Shown here: positions 49,019-58,982 of the stretch, one piece after another | Position numbering within the stretch: position 1 is the stretch's first letter | Layout of the letters: each line of letters opens with the position of its first letter | Virus record (IMG/VR): IMGVR_UViG_3300020306_000005 | Coordinates: 1 to 59,124 of that record | Strand: one strand, 5' to 3' | DNA: 59,124 nucleotides | Source: a virus | Taxonomy: Duplodnaviria; Caudoviricetes | Notes under the pieces: generated by a model | Databases searched by the model: none | Told to the model about the DNA's origin: nothing | The model's input: only the letters and a program-made list of their open reading frames with translations | Translations under genes and position numbers: made by a program

Positions 49019-49309
49019 ATGGCAAGAAGAAAAGAAAAGCCAATAAAGACTTCAGTAAAGTCTGGAAATTTTCGTCCTACAAAATCTGGTGCAGGAATGA
49101 CTAAGAAAGGCGTTGCTGCATATAGACGAGCAAATCCAGGAAGTAAACTTAAAACTGCTGTTACAGGTAAAGTAAAGCGTGGCAGTAAAGCAGCAAAAAG
49201 AAGAAAGTCTTTTTGTGCAAGATCTGCTGGTCAAATGAAGAAATTTCCAAAAGCAGCAAAAAATCCAAATAGTCGTTTAAGACAAGCAAGAAGAAGGTGG
49301 AAATGTTAA
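49019..49309 (+). CDS. highly basic protein
   Basis: RRKSFCARSAG...SRLRQARRRWKC. Confidence 0.7.
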   Translation: MARRKEKPIKTSVKSGNFRPTKSGAGMTKKGVAAYRRANPGSKLKTAVTGKVKRGSKAAKRRKSFCARSAGQMKKFPKAAKNPNSRLRQARRRWKC

Positions 49310-49479
49310 AGAAAAAACCAATACCTAGACCTAAAGAAGAAGATTTAACTCCTACTCAATTAAGAACAAAGTACAGAGTAATGATACAAAATAAATTAAA
49401 TAGTATGGATAAAAAAGATCGGTTATCCTTTTTAACAAAGGAATTAAAAAACTTAGGAACATTTAAAATAGAAGATTAA
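49297..49479 (+). CDS. hypothetical basic protein
   Basis: Short ORF within the operon. Confidence 0.5.
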   Translation: MEMLKKKPIPRPKEEDLTPTQLRTKYRVMIQNKLNSMDKKDRLSFLTKELKNLGTFKIED

Positions 49480-49480
49480 G

Positions 49481-49639
49481 ATGACAGCAAAAGAATTATT
49501 AAAAATGTTAGAAAAACACGAGCAAGTATGTAATGCACGTTTCGATGGAATCAATAATAAATTAAATAAGCTTGATACCAGACTCTGGGGTATTTATGGG
49601 GTTATTATTGGAGTAGCAGTTTTAGAGAAGTTTTTTTAA
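49481..49639 (+). CDS. small coiled-coil membrane protein (not in ORF track)
   Basis: HEQVCNARF...LWGIYGVIIGVAV. Confidence 0.6.
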   Translation: MTAKELLKMLEKHEQVCNARFDGINNKLNKLDTRLWGIYGVIIGVAVLEKFF

Positions 49640-49800
49640 TGGTAATGGGTAGAGCCCAAATGAGTAAACAGGTGACTAAGTCACCAGGAAAAAGGAAGTG
49701 GAGTGCTAAAAGGAAGAGGAAAATCAATTGTGCCAGACCTCGTGGATTTTCTGAAAAAGCACATTGTGCCTCTAAAAAAAGGAGAAGTCGTAAGAGGTGA
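49639..49800 (+). CDS. basic protein (53 aa, not in ORF track)
   Basis: MVMGRAQMSKQV...KWSAKRKRKINCARPRGFSEKAHC. Confidence 0.6.
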   Translation: MVMGRAQMSKQVTKSPGKRKWSAKRKRKINCARPRGFSEKAHCASKKRRSRKR

Positions 49801-49877
49801 ACCAATTAAAGTTTGTCATAAGTGTAAAAAACGAGAGTGGATGTGCACTTGTTGGAAGATAATGAAAGGAAAATATT

Positions 49878-50141
49878 ATGGGTAAAAAAGACGCATGTTA
49901 TCACAAAGTAAAAGCAAGATATAGAGTTTTTCCATCAGCTTATGCTTCAGGTGCTATTGCAAAATGCAGAAAAGTAGGTGCTGCAAATTATGGTACTGGT
50001 GGTAAAAAGAAAAAGTCTACTGTAAAAAAAGCTAGTAACGGTGGTTATATGAAAGCAAAACGACCAACTAAAGTTAAAAATATAGCTAGAGGTTGTGGTG
50101 CTATAATGTCTAATAGAAGAAAGAAAACAAGAAAAGCATAA
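49878..50141 (+). CDS. highly basic protein
   Basis: KDACYHKVKARYRVFPSAYASGAIAKCRK. Confidence 0.7.
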   Translation: MGKKDACYHKVKARYRVFPSAYASGAIAKCRKVGAANYGTGGKKKKSTVKKASNGGYMKAKRPTKVKNIARGCGAIMSNRRKKTRKA

Positions 50142-50428
50142 TGGCTGTTCGAAAAACAAAAGCAGGCTTAGCACTTAAGCGTTGGTTTAAAGAAGATTGG
50201 AAAGATGTTAGGACTGGCAAAAAGTGTGGTAGAAAAAAAGGTGAAAAAAGAGGTACGCCTTATTGTAGACCAAGTAAGCGTATTTCTTCTAAAACACCAA
50301 AAACAACAAAAGAGATGACATCTGCAGAAAAAAGAAGTAGAATAAGACAAAAGGTAAAATTAGGACAACCAAGTAAGGGTAAACCAAGAAACGTAAAAGC
50401 ACTAAGAAGAAAAAGGAGAAAAGCATGA
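50141..50428 (+). CDS. highly basic protein
   Basis: LKRWFKEDWKDV...PYCRPSKR. Confidence 0.7.
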   Translation: MAVRKTKAGLALKRWFKEDWKDVRTGKKCGRKKGEKRGTPYCRPSKRISSKTPKTTKEMTSAEKRSRIRQKVKLGQPSKGKPRNVKALRRKRRKA

Positions 50429-50802
50429 GTAAAGAAAAGAAATCTGAAGATAACCCTACATTAAGAGATCTGTCAAAGCGATCTAAATTAGCTGATCTAA
50501 GAGACCCTTCAAAACGAAAATCAAACAAAGACATGCAAGTCAATGCTAAAAAAGGTGGTGGTCTTGCAAGTGCAATAAACAGAGTAAAAAGACAGCAAGG
50601 TGTACAGGGCATGAGTAGAGGTGGCTTATCAGGAGGTAATCCAAGTGGAGCCCCTAAAAGAATGGTTCCAGACCCAGCAATAAGTGTAGTAAATCCAGGA
50701 AAAAATGTTGATGTAACACTTATGGCAAAAGGTGGTTATATGGATGAAGAAGTCGAAAAGATGATGATGGGTGGCTACATGGCGTATAAGGATGATAAGT
50801 AA
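50425..50802 (+). CDS. hypothetical protein
   Basis: AGGAG RBS; xGG repeats. Confidence 0.55.
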   Translation: MSKEKKSEDNPTLRDLSKRSKLADLRDPSKRKSNKDMQVNAKKGGGLASAINRVKRQQGVQGMSRGGLSGGNPSGAPKRMVPDPAISVVNPGKNVDVTLMAKGGYMDEEVEKMMMGGYMAYKDDK

Positions 50803-51473
50803 TGGCTACTTCTGGTTCTACAGATTTCGAACTTGCTGTTGATGACTATATCGAGGAAGCTTTTGAACGCTGTGGTTTAGAAGTTAGAACAGGGTATGAT
50901 TTTAGAACTGCTAAAAGATCGTTAAATCTTTTATTTGCAGATTGGGCGAATCGTGGTTTAAATCGATGGACAATAGTACAATCTACAGTTACACTTTCAC
51001 AAGGAACTGTTGAGTATACCCTAGCAGCAGATACAATAGATATTCTTTCTGCAGTTATAAGAGAAAATGCTGGGGCTACTAATCAACAAGACACTACTGT
51101 AAATCGTATAGGACGTGATACATATTTAAATCTATCTAGTAAATTATCACAATCTAAACCTACACAATATTATATTGATAGACAGATTACACCTAAAATA
51201 AGAGTATTTCCTTCTCCTAATACTACTTATACACTTGTAATTGATAGGCTTACTCGTATAGAAGATGCAGATAGTGCTTCTAATACTGTAGACGTTCCTT
51301 TTCGTTTTTACCCATGTCTTGCTGCAGGATTAGCTTATTATATTTCTATAAAAAAAGCACCAGATAGAATACAAATATTAAAAAGTATTTATGAAGAAGA
51401 GTTTGATAGAGCTGCATCAGAAGATAGAGATAGAACAAGTTTAAAAATTTTACCTTATGAAAGATATCTCTAA
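50802..51473 (+). CDS. head-tail adaptor/tail tubular protein
   Basis: IEEAFERCG, SLNLLFADWANRG and RFYPCLAAGLAYY motifs. Confidence 0.7.
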   Translation: MATSGSTDFELAVDDYIEEAFERCGLEVRTGYDFRTAKRSLNLLFADWANRGLNRWTIVQSTVTLSQGTVEYTLAADTIDILSAVIRENAGATNQQDTTVNRIGRDTYLNLSSKLSQSKPTQYYIDRQITPKIRVFPSPNTTYTLVIDRLTRIEDADSASNTVDVPFRFYPCLAAGLAYYISIKKAPDRIQILKSIYEEEFDRAASEDRDRTSLKILPYERYL

Positions 51474-51976
51474 TGAGTTTTGCAAGAGGAAAATTTGCAT
51501 TTTTTATATCAGATCGAAGTGGTATGAAGTTTCCTTATAGAGAAAGAATAAAGGAATGGAATGGCTCTATTGTACATAAATCAGAATATGAAGAAAAGCA
51601 CCCACAACTTGATCCTCATCGTTCAGTAGTCGATGCTGAAGCTTTACGAGATGCACGACCTGATACTAAAGTTATTAATCCAGTAGAAAATTTATTAGGT
51701 TTAAATTCTTTTATTACATCTTCAAGTGGTTCTGCAGTGCTAACGGTTATTGAACCTAATCACGGAAGGTCTACAAGTGATACTGTTCGATTTAGAAAAG
51801 TATTAGGGTTTGATGGTTTTTCTACTAATATCTTGACACAAGCATCAGGATATACTATAACCAAAGTTGATGATAATTCTTATACATTTACTGCGAGTAG
51901 TGGAACTGCTACGATAGGAAATGTAAGAGGGGGTGGTAGTGATTCTACTGCTGGACCTGTAACGCTAGGGGCATAG
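51473..51976 (+). CDS. virion-associated protein
   Basis: ISDRSG...EKHPQL motif plus FCCH-like beta domain. Confidence 0.6.
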   Translation: MSFARGKFAFFISDRSGMKFPYRERIKEWNGSIVHKSEYEEKHPQLDPHRSVVDAEALRDARPDTKVINPVENLLGLNSFITSSSGSAVLTVIEPNHGRSTSDTVRFRKVLGFDGFSTNILTQASGYTITKVDDNSYTFTASSGTATIGNVRGGGSDSTAGPVTLGA

Positions 51977-52621
51977 ATGAGTTTTACATATACACAACTA
52001 AAAACAGCGATACAAGATTACACAGATAATACTGAAACAACTTTTGTAAATAACCTCGATAATTTTATCAAAGCGTGTGAAGAAAAAATATTAAAGTCTG
52101 TAGATTTAGAATTTTTTAGAAAAAATGTAACTTCGACACTAACAAGTAGTGATAAATTTTTAAGTGTACCAGACGATTATTTAGCTTCATTTTCTTTACA
52201 AATTACTACAGCTAGTTCTGAAACATTCTTATTACAAAAAGATGTTAATTTTATACAAGAAGCATATCCTCCTTCTGCATCGACTGGTGTACCAAAATAC
52301 TATGCAATTTTTGACATAGATAATTTTATTTTAGCCCCTACACCAAATAGTGCATATACAGTTGAATTACATTATTTTTATAGACCTACGTCAATAACAG
52401 CTTCTGGAGATGGAACTTCTTGGTTAGGAACGAATGCACCTTTTGCTTTGCTTTACGGATCACTTATAGAAGCTTATAGTTTTATGAAAGGTGAAACAGA
52501 TGTTTTATCTAATTATAACGGTTTATTTACACAGTATTTAGATAGACTAAAAGACTTAGGTGAAGCAAGAGAAAACACAGATGGTTATAGAGTTGGTCTA
52601 CCATCAAGACCGAGAACATAG
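51977..52621 (+). CDS. phage adaptor protein
   Basis: YTQLKTAIQDY, APTP and LLYGSLIEA motifs. Confidence 0.7.
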   Translation: MSFTYTQLKTAIQDYTDNTETTFVNNLDNFIKACEEKILKSVDLEFFRKNVTSTLTSSDKFLSVPDDYLASFSLQITTASSETFLLQKDVNFIQEAYPPSASTGVPKYYAIFDIDNFILAPTPNSAYTVELHYFYRPTSITASGDGTSWLGTNAPFALLYGSLIEAYSFMKGETDVLSNYNGLFTQYLDRLKDLGEARENTDGYRVGLPSRPRT

Positions 52622-52630
52622 GAGTAAAAG

Positions 52631-53080
52631 ATGGCAACAGCAAATGCAGCAACTAATTATCTAGAAAGAAGATTATTACATTTTTTGTTTAAAAATAATT
52701 CTTTATCTTTCGCAACACCAGGAAACAGTATTTATGTAGGATTGGCAACTGCTGTATCCGCAGCAGAAACTGGATCTGTAACAGAAGCTAACTTTACAAA
52801 TTATCAAAGAGTACAAGTTACACCAACTGCTGTAGGAAATACAGGTGGATGGACAATGATAGGATCTGATTCTACGGATACTCAAACAGCAACTAATCAA
52901 AATAATATAGAGTTTCCAGCCTCTGGTGGGACAAACAATACAATTACACATGTTATAATTGCAGATGCAGCAAGTAGTGGAAATATATTATTTGTAGGAG
53001 CATTAGACGTACAAAAGGTAATTGAAACTGGTGATATATTTAGAATTAACGCAGGAAACCTTACAATAGAGTTGAAGTAA
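52631..53080 (+). CDS. tail protein
   Basis: NYLE, YVGL, ITHVIIADAASSGNILF and GDIFRI motifs. Confidence 0.7.
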   Translation: MATANAATNYLERRLLHFLFKNNSLSFATPGNSIYVGLATAVSAAETGSVTEANFTNYQRVQVTPTAVGNTGGWTMIGSDSTDTQTATNQNNIEFPASGGTNNTITHVIIADAASSGNILFVGALDVQKVIETGDIFRINAGNLTIELK

Positions 53081-54735
53081 TGGCATTAGTAATATCAGAC
53101 AGAATTAAGGAAACTACAAATACAGTAGGTACACAGACTTATCAACTAGAAGGTGCAGTCACTGGGTTTGAAACTTTTGCTTCTAATCTATCTAATGGTG
53201 ACACCACTTATTATGCAGTTACAGATAACACAAACTTTGAAGTTGGTTTAGGTACAATAAATGAAGGCACTTCTCAAACTATAAACTACACAGTTACAGT
53301 AGCTAATGTAGGAGGAATAAATGTCTTTGTCTTAAATGGTGTAAACAATCCAGTTATTACGTTTGTAAAAGGTTTTACTTATGTATTTGATGTTAGTGAT
53401 AATACTAATGGATCACATCCATTAAGATTTAGAACATCTGCTGATGCTTCTTATACAGATGGCGTTTCAGTTAGTGGTACACAAGGACAAGCAGGTGCTA
53501 CAGTTACAATCGTTGTAGCAAGTGATGCACCATCTACATTAAAATACTATTGCACTATTCATGGTAATGCTATGGGTAATACTATCAATGTTATCTCTGC
53601 CGTAGCCACATTAGCAAGAACAACAATTTTAGCTAGTTCAAATAGTAATAATGCAGTTAGTTTTGGAACTGGAGCTAAGACTATATTTTGTACATTGCCT
53701 GCTGGTAAAGCAGTAATAAAAGATGCAAGTAATAATATCAATGGTACATTTGTAGGAAATATAACTGGTAATGTTACAGGTAACGCTTCTGGTACAGCCG
53801 CAACAGTAACAGGTGCAGCACAAACAAACATTACATCTGTAGGCACATTAACTGGATTAACAATAAATGGTGATGCAACATTAACAAAGTCAAGTGGCGA
53901 TACTAAGTTATTTCTTGAAGCAGATAGTGATAATGATACAGAAGGTGATAATGCTTTTATTATTTTTAAACAAGATGGTGGTGTAGAAACAAGTGCTGTT
54001 TGGACTGGCAATTTTGGTGGTTCAAATGATAACGCTTTAAATTTAACTAATTCTGGAGCATTTGGTGGAGGTATTCGTTTTGGAACAACAGCTACAAATG
54101 GTGGTTGGGAAACTGCAACAGAACGAATGAGGATTGATAGAATTGGTGATATTACTATCTTTGGTACAAATGGTGATATAAAATTTGATTACTCTGCTGA
54201 TACTTTAACTTTTGAAGATAATATAAAGGCAGTATTTGGTACTGGTGGTGATTTAGAAATATACCATGATGGTAGTAATTCTATAATTGAAGATATTGGA
54301 ACTGGAGGTTTACGTCTTAAGACTGGTAATGCAGGTAGAATACAATTTGAAAATGCAGAAGGTGATACTCTTGCAAAATTTGATGGTAATGGCAATAATG
54401 AATTATATCATAACAATGTTAAAAAGATTGAAACCACATCTGATGGTGCAACAGTTACTGGTGATTTAACAACAACTGCTGATATAGAATTAGGTCATGC
54501 AAGTGACACAACTATAGCAAGAGCAAGTGCTGGAGTTGTAACTATAGAGGGCAATACAGTATTAACAACAGGTAACTCAGATGCACCATCAACCACAACA
54601 TCAAGCAGTGATGCAGATTTTGTTTTAATAGATGATGGGGGTACTATGAAAAAGATTACACCATCTAATTTAGGAATAACTGCTGGTGCAGCTTCACTGG
54701 ATGATGCAACAGCATTAGCAATAGCGTTAGGATAA
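53080..54735 (+). CDS. tail fibre protein with cupredoxin-like insert
   Basis: MALVISDRIKET start; SHPLRF...YYCTIHGNAMG; GTGGDLEIYHDG; ALAIALG end. Confidence 0.75.
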   Translation: MALVISDRIKETTNTVGTQTYQLEGAVTGFETFASNLSNGDTTYYAVTDNTNFEVGLGTINEGTSQTINYTVTVANVGGINVFVLNGVNNPVITFVKGFTYVFDVSDNTNGSHPLRFRTSADASYTDGVSVSGTQGQAGATVTIVVASDAPSTLKYYCTIHGNAMGNTINVISAVATLARTTILASSNSNNAVSFGTGAKTIFCTLPAGKAVIKDASNNINGTFVGNITGNVTGNASGTAATVTGAAQTNITSVGTLTGLTINGDATLTKSSGDTKLFLEADSDNDTEGDNAFIIFKQDGGVETSAVWTGNFGGSNDNALNLTNSGAFGGGIRFGTTATNGGWETATERMRIDRIGDITIFGTNGDIKFDYSADTLTFEDNIKAVFGTGGDLEIYHDGSNSIIEDIGTGGLRLKTGNAGRIQFENAEGDTLAKFDGNGNNELYHNNVKKIETTSDGATVTGDLTTTADIELGHASDTTIARASAGVVTIEGNTVLTTGNSDAPSTTTSSSDADFVLIDDGGTMKKITPSNLGITAGAASLDDATALAIALG

Positions 54736-54738
54736 GAT

Positions 54739-55101
54739 ATGGCAAATACATTTAAAACAATAACTCACACAGCAATGGGAAATAACGCAGGAACACCAGA
54801 AACATTATATACAGTTCCAAACTCACCATCTACAACAACAGTAGTTATAGGTTTAACTTTATGCAATATTACAACTTCAAGTGTTTTAATTGATGTTCAT
54901 TTAGAGAGTGATACAACAAATACTGGTCAAGCACAAAATGCAAATATACATCTAGCTAAAGATGTTCCTATAGCAGTTGGTTCTAGTTTAGAATTATTAA
55001 CTGGTGGTAAATATGTTTTACAAGCCACAGATATTTTAAAAATAGATTCCAATGTAAATGGAGCAGTAGATGTGTCCTTAAATATAATGGAGATTACATA
55101 A
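54739..55101 (+). CDS. tail-associated structural protein
   Basis: MANTFK...IMEIT pattern. Confidence 0.7.
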   Translation: MANTFKTITHTAMGNNAGTPETLYTVPNSPSTTTVVIGLTLCNITTSSVLIDVHLESDTTNTGQAQNANIHLAKDVPIAVGSSLELLTGGKYVLQATDILKIDSNVNGAVDVSLNIMEIT

Positions 55102-55667
55102 TGTCATTAAGTACAATAGCTTCAAATCAAATTAAAAACGATACTATTGTTGATGCAGATATTAATTCAAGCAGTAATATTGCCACAACTAAACTTGCCA
55201 CTGGAGCTGTTATACAAACTGTAACATCTAGAAGTACAACGGAAACTAATGTACAAACCAGTGGCTCTTTTACTGATATAACTGCAAGTCAAATTTCTGT
55301 TACATCAAAACTTGCGAACAGTTCTTTTTTCTATCAAGCGTCATTATCCGCTGAAAGTGATGTAGGTGCTAGTTATCAAAATTATATTAGAATGGCATAT
55401 ACAGTAAATGGTGGAAGCACTGTTGTGCATGATGCTACAAAAGTTTTTAATAGCAATTCAATCAGAAATGAACAAGGAGGCATGGGCATAAGTATGACTT
55501 ATCTATTTGATGGTATAACTCATTCAGTAGGAACAGTTTTTGTTTTCTTTATTCAATACCAAAAAAGTAGTTCATCAAGCGTTCATTTTAATCAACAATC
55601 TTTGTCTGGACAGCCAACTAGCACATCAAATGCGTCGTCTATTTTAGTTCAGGAGATAGCAGTATGA
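55101..55667 (+). CDS. tail fibre/receptor-binding module
   Basis: GAVIQTV...ILVQEIA domain. Confidence 0.6.
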   Translation: MSLSTIASNQIKNDTIVDADINSSSNIATTKLATGAVIQTVTSRSTTETNVQTSGSFTDITASQISVTSKLANSSFFYQASLSAESDVGASYQNYIRMAYTVNGGSTVVHDATKVFNSNSIRNEQGGMGISMTYLFDGITHSVGTVFVFFIQYQKSSSSSVHFNQQSLSGQPTSTSNASSILVQEIAV

Positions 55668-56116
55668 GTTATATTGGAACAGCACCACCACAAACTTTTT
55701 CTACTGCTACAAGTCAGTCTTTTAGTGGGAATGGCAGTACAACTGTATTTACTTTAAATAGAGCAGTAAATAGAAATGAAGATTTAGAAGTGTTTGTTGA
55801 AAACGTACAACAAAAACCAGCAACAAGTTATACTGCATCTGGAACAACTTTGACTTTTCAAGCAGCACCAGGATCTGGAACAAATAATATTTATGTTATA
55901 TTTAGAAACTTTGCTATACCAAGTGCAGGTGGTCCAAGTTTAGCGAATAATAATTCTTTTGCTGGAGTTAACAATTTTGCACAACCTTTAGTAAACTCTG
56001 GTACAATAGCTAGTGATATAACAATAGCTAGTGGAGAAAGAGCAATGATGGCTGGAGATATATCTATAAACTCATCAACTACAGTTACAGTAAATGGAGT
56101 GTTAACAATCGTATGA
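55664..56116 (+). CDS. tail fibre connector module
   Basis: MSYIG start; FSGNGSTTVFTL. Confidence 0.6.
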   Translation: MSYIGTAPPQTFSTATSQSFSGNGSTTVFTLNRAVNRNEDLEVFVENVQQKPATSYTASGTTLTFQAAPGSGTNNIYVIFRNFAIPSAGGPSLANNNSFAGVNNFAQPLVNSGTIASDITIASGERAMMAGDISINSSTTVTVNGVLTIV

Positions 56117-56700
56117 GTCAGTTATTCGTAGATTCAATAGAGCCAAAGACCAGTGGTGAAGTAGTATCAATTAACAGAGGCAAAGGTCAAGTATTAGAGG
56201 TTTTGTCTAGTTTATGTGACGGAAGTACAGTCGAAGTTATAAGTGGATCGTATACATTTCAAAATGTAACAGCAGTTCAAAATGGAACAACAAGTTATGA
56301 AGATTTAACTGGAAGTACACTATCTTATAAGCCACCCACAGGAACGAAAAAAGTGATCTACGAGTTTATTTATCAAATTGCTTTAGCAGATAATCCTCCT
56401 TTGGGACATCATAAGTTCTTTATTGATAGCGTAGAAGTTACAAATGCAAGGTGGAATTCTGGAGCAAATGGACTTTATGGAATGATGCAAACATTTAAAT
56501 GGATTATAAACTGTAATGCCACTTCTAATGTTGCAGCTGACGGCTCTTTTACATCTTGGAATGCTTTAAAAGAATTAAAAATACAAGCTAGAGAATATGG
56601 GACTAGTAATGAATGCCAATGGCATGCAACCCATTATTGGGACGGAGTAACAAGTGAACAATTTCATAGACCAGTACTTACAATTACGGCAATAGGATAA
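56113..56700 (+). CDS. tail fibre module
   Basis: MSQLFVDSI start; GQVLEV. Confidence 0.55.
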   Translation: MSQLFVDSIEPKTSGEVVSINRGKGQVLEVLSSLCDGSTVEVISGSYTFQNVTAVQNGTTSYEDLTGSTLSYKPPTGTKKVIYEFIYQIALADNPPLGHHKFFIDSVEVTNARWNSGANGLYGMMQTFKWIINCNATSNVAADGSFTSWNALKELKIQAREYGTSNECQWHATHYWDGVTSEQFHRPVLTITAIG

Positions 56701-56703
56701 GTT

Positions 56704-57240
56704 ATGAGTGGAATCATAAAAGCAACAAACTTAGAAGTCGCTAATATAAAAGATAGTACTGGCACTAATACTGCTTTGACAATAAGTAATGCTGGTGTTG
56801 TTACACCAAAAACTACAAGTTATGTTTGGGTTTATCCACAAGGAACAAGTGGCTATACAACTGTTGCTGCCAATGCTTTTGTACCATTTAATACTATATA
56901 TCAGAGTGCTGGAAGTGGTAGTTCTGATTTTAATACTTCAACATATAAATATACTGCTCCAGTTAAAGGATTATATTATATAGAATTTCGCACTATATCA
57001 TCAAGTGCAAGTGATAATAAAGCATTTCGTTTAAATGTTGATGGAAATGTAATATCACAAACATTTTGGGCAAGAGATACTAGAGCATGTAGTGGTAGTC
57101 CAACAATTTTATTAAATGCAAATCAAGTTGTAGGAATAGATGCTCATGGTACTTCTTATTATTATAGAAACTCTAATACTATGCCACATGAAGATGTATA
57201 TACAAGAATGATTATAAATTTAATTCAGGAGCTTACATAG
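56704..57240 (+). CDS. C1q-like fibre module
   Basis: FNTSTYKYTAPVKGLYY. Confidence 0.6.
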   Translation: MSGIIKATNLEVANIKDSTGTNTALTISNAGVVTPKTTSYVWVYPQGTSGYTTVAANAFVPFNTIYQSAGSGSSDFNTSTYKYTAPVKGLYYIEFRTISSSASDNKAFRLNVDGNVISQTFWARDTRACSGSPTILLNANQVVGIDAHGTSYYYRNSNTMPHEDVYTRMIINLIQELT

Positions 57241-57249
57241 GATTAAGAT

Positions 57250-57756
57250 ATGACAAGTAAATTAAAAGTAGAACAGATAGCACATACTAACAATGTTTCT
57301 GCTATGACTATTAACAGTAGTGGTGTTGTAAATCGTTCTGTTATACCAGCTTGGAGAGTTAGCCTATCTTCACAAGAATCTAGATCAGCTACCACAGAAG
57401 CTGTTATACAATTTGATGAAACAAGTAATAATTTTTACTTTTTACAAGGAGGTTGCACTTTAGGAAGTGGAGCAATAACTGTTCCAGTAGCTGGAATCTA
57501 TCACGCTAGTGCTAATGTAAGAGTAGATAGTATAGGAAGTGGTTTTGTGGTTGTAAGAATAAGAGTAAATGGGACTAATGCTGGTTCAACTTATACAATT
57601 TATGGAACTGGAAGCACATTATATGATTCTTTTACTCCATCAGACACATTTAGCTTATCTGCCAATGATACATTAGAAGTTACAGCGTATGCAAGTGTAG
57701 ACACATCTTGGACAGTTCATGGAGTAAGCTCGTTTAGTGGACATTTAGTAGGATAA
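57250..57756 (+). CDS. C1q-like fibre module
   Basis: ITVPVAGIY...FSGHLVG. Confidence 0.6.
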   Translation: MTSKLKVEQIAHTNNVSAMTINSSGVVNRSVIPAWRVSLSSQESRSATTEAVIQFDETSNNFYFLQGGCTLGSGAITVPVAGIYHASANVRVDSIGSGFVVVRIRVNGTNAGSTYTIYGTGSTLYDSFTPSDTFSLSANDTLEVTAYASVDTSWTVHGVSSFSGHLVG

Positions 57757-57759
57757 ATT

Positions 57760-58281
57760 ATGACTATAAGTAAAATACAATCAGAATCAATAAATAGAAG
57801 TGATTTAACTGGAAGTATTTTACAAATAAAATCTTTTACTCTAACTTCAGCAACAAGCTCAACAGCAGATGGATTTGTTGACACTGGTTTACAATTAGCC
57901 ATTACTCCTTCTTCAGCATCAAGTAAAATATTAATAACTGGATTTATAAATGTTGGTGCTAGTTATTTTAAAACTTATATACGCTTACTAAGAGATAGTA
58001 CAGTTTTATCAGTAGGAGATTCTGCTAGTAATAGACCACAAGTTTATTCATCAAGTGCACCAGGAGGTTCAGATTGGGATGAATATAATGTAACATCACT
58101 TTCTTTAAATCTTTTAGATTCACCAAACACAACATCTTCAGTAACTTATAAGGTGCAATATAGACCCTATGATAATACAGCTACTACTGCATTTATTAAT
58201 AGAAGTTCTGCTGATAGAGATAATGCAGACTATGATGAAAGAAGCATATCAGTAATGACACTTCAGGAGATTGCAGGATGA
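57760..58281 (+). CDS. tail fibre module
   Basis: GSILQI, ITPSSASSKILI, DSPNTTSSVTYKVQ and LQEIAG motifs. Confidence 0.65.
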   Translation: MTISKIQSESINRSDLTGSILQIKSFTLTSATSSTADGFVDTGLQLAITPSSASSKILITGFINVGASYFKTYIRLLRDSTVLSVGDSASNRPQVYSSSAPGGSDWDEYNVTSLSLNLLDSPNTTSSVTYKVQYRPYDNTATTAFINRSSADRDNADYDERSISVMTLQEIAG

Positions 58282-58982
58282 GTTATATAGGTAACAACCC
58301 AAATCAAGGTTCATTTTTTATACAAAAGTTTACAGGTGACTCAACCACTACATCTTTTCCATTAAATCAAAATATAACAGATGGATCACAGTTATTAGTG
58401 ACTATAGGTAACGTAGTTCAAGAAGAAGGTTCTGGTTTTGCATATACTGCATCTGGTAATACTTTAGTATTCTCAGAAGCTCCAGCTAATGGAGATAAGA
58501 TAGTTGTAAGATTTTTAGGTGTATCACTTGCTACGCCAACAAGTTATACTAATGCAGTTAGATTTAGATATATTGCAACAAGTGGTCAAACTGTATTTAC
58601 AGGTGAAGATTCAAATGGTGCAACACTAGACTACACAATTAATAATATTGATGTATACTTAAATGGTGTAAGGCTAGATCAATCTGACTTTACACAAACA
58701 AATACAAGCACTATAACTTTAGCATCTGGTGCAGCAACAAGTGATGAATTAGTTATAGTTGTATTTAAAGTTATACAGATAGCAAGTGCAGGTGGTGGTA
58801 TGTATAAAGGCGATAGTGGAACAATAAATAGTGCTGGAGCAGCAGATATATTTAGAGTGCATCAAGCACAACTTGATACAAATACAACGATAGAATCAAC
58901 AGAAAATGCTATTGCAGCAGGTCCATTGACTATAGCTGCAAATAAAACATTAACGATACAAGGTAATTTGAGTATAGTATGA
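58278..58982 (+). CDS. tail fibre connector module
   Basis: MSYIG start; ATSGQTVF, DVYLNGVRL. Confidence 0.6.
   Translation: MSYIGNNPNQGSFFIQKFTGDSTTTSFPLNQNITDGSQLLVTIGNVVQEEGSGFAYTASGNTLVFSEAPANGDKIVVRFLGVSLATPTSYTNAVRFRYIATSGQTVFTGEDSNGATLDYTINNIDVYLNGVRLDQSDFTQTNTSTITLASGAATSDELVIVVFKVIQIASAGGGMYKGDSGTINSAGAADIFRVHQAQLDTNTTIESTENAIAAGPLTIAANKTLTIQGNLSIV

Noticed and set aside
49703-49885. 60-aa ORF from the track
   Set aside because: It overlaps the better-supported coupled ORF 49639-49800; only its Cys-rich tail might be real.
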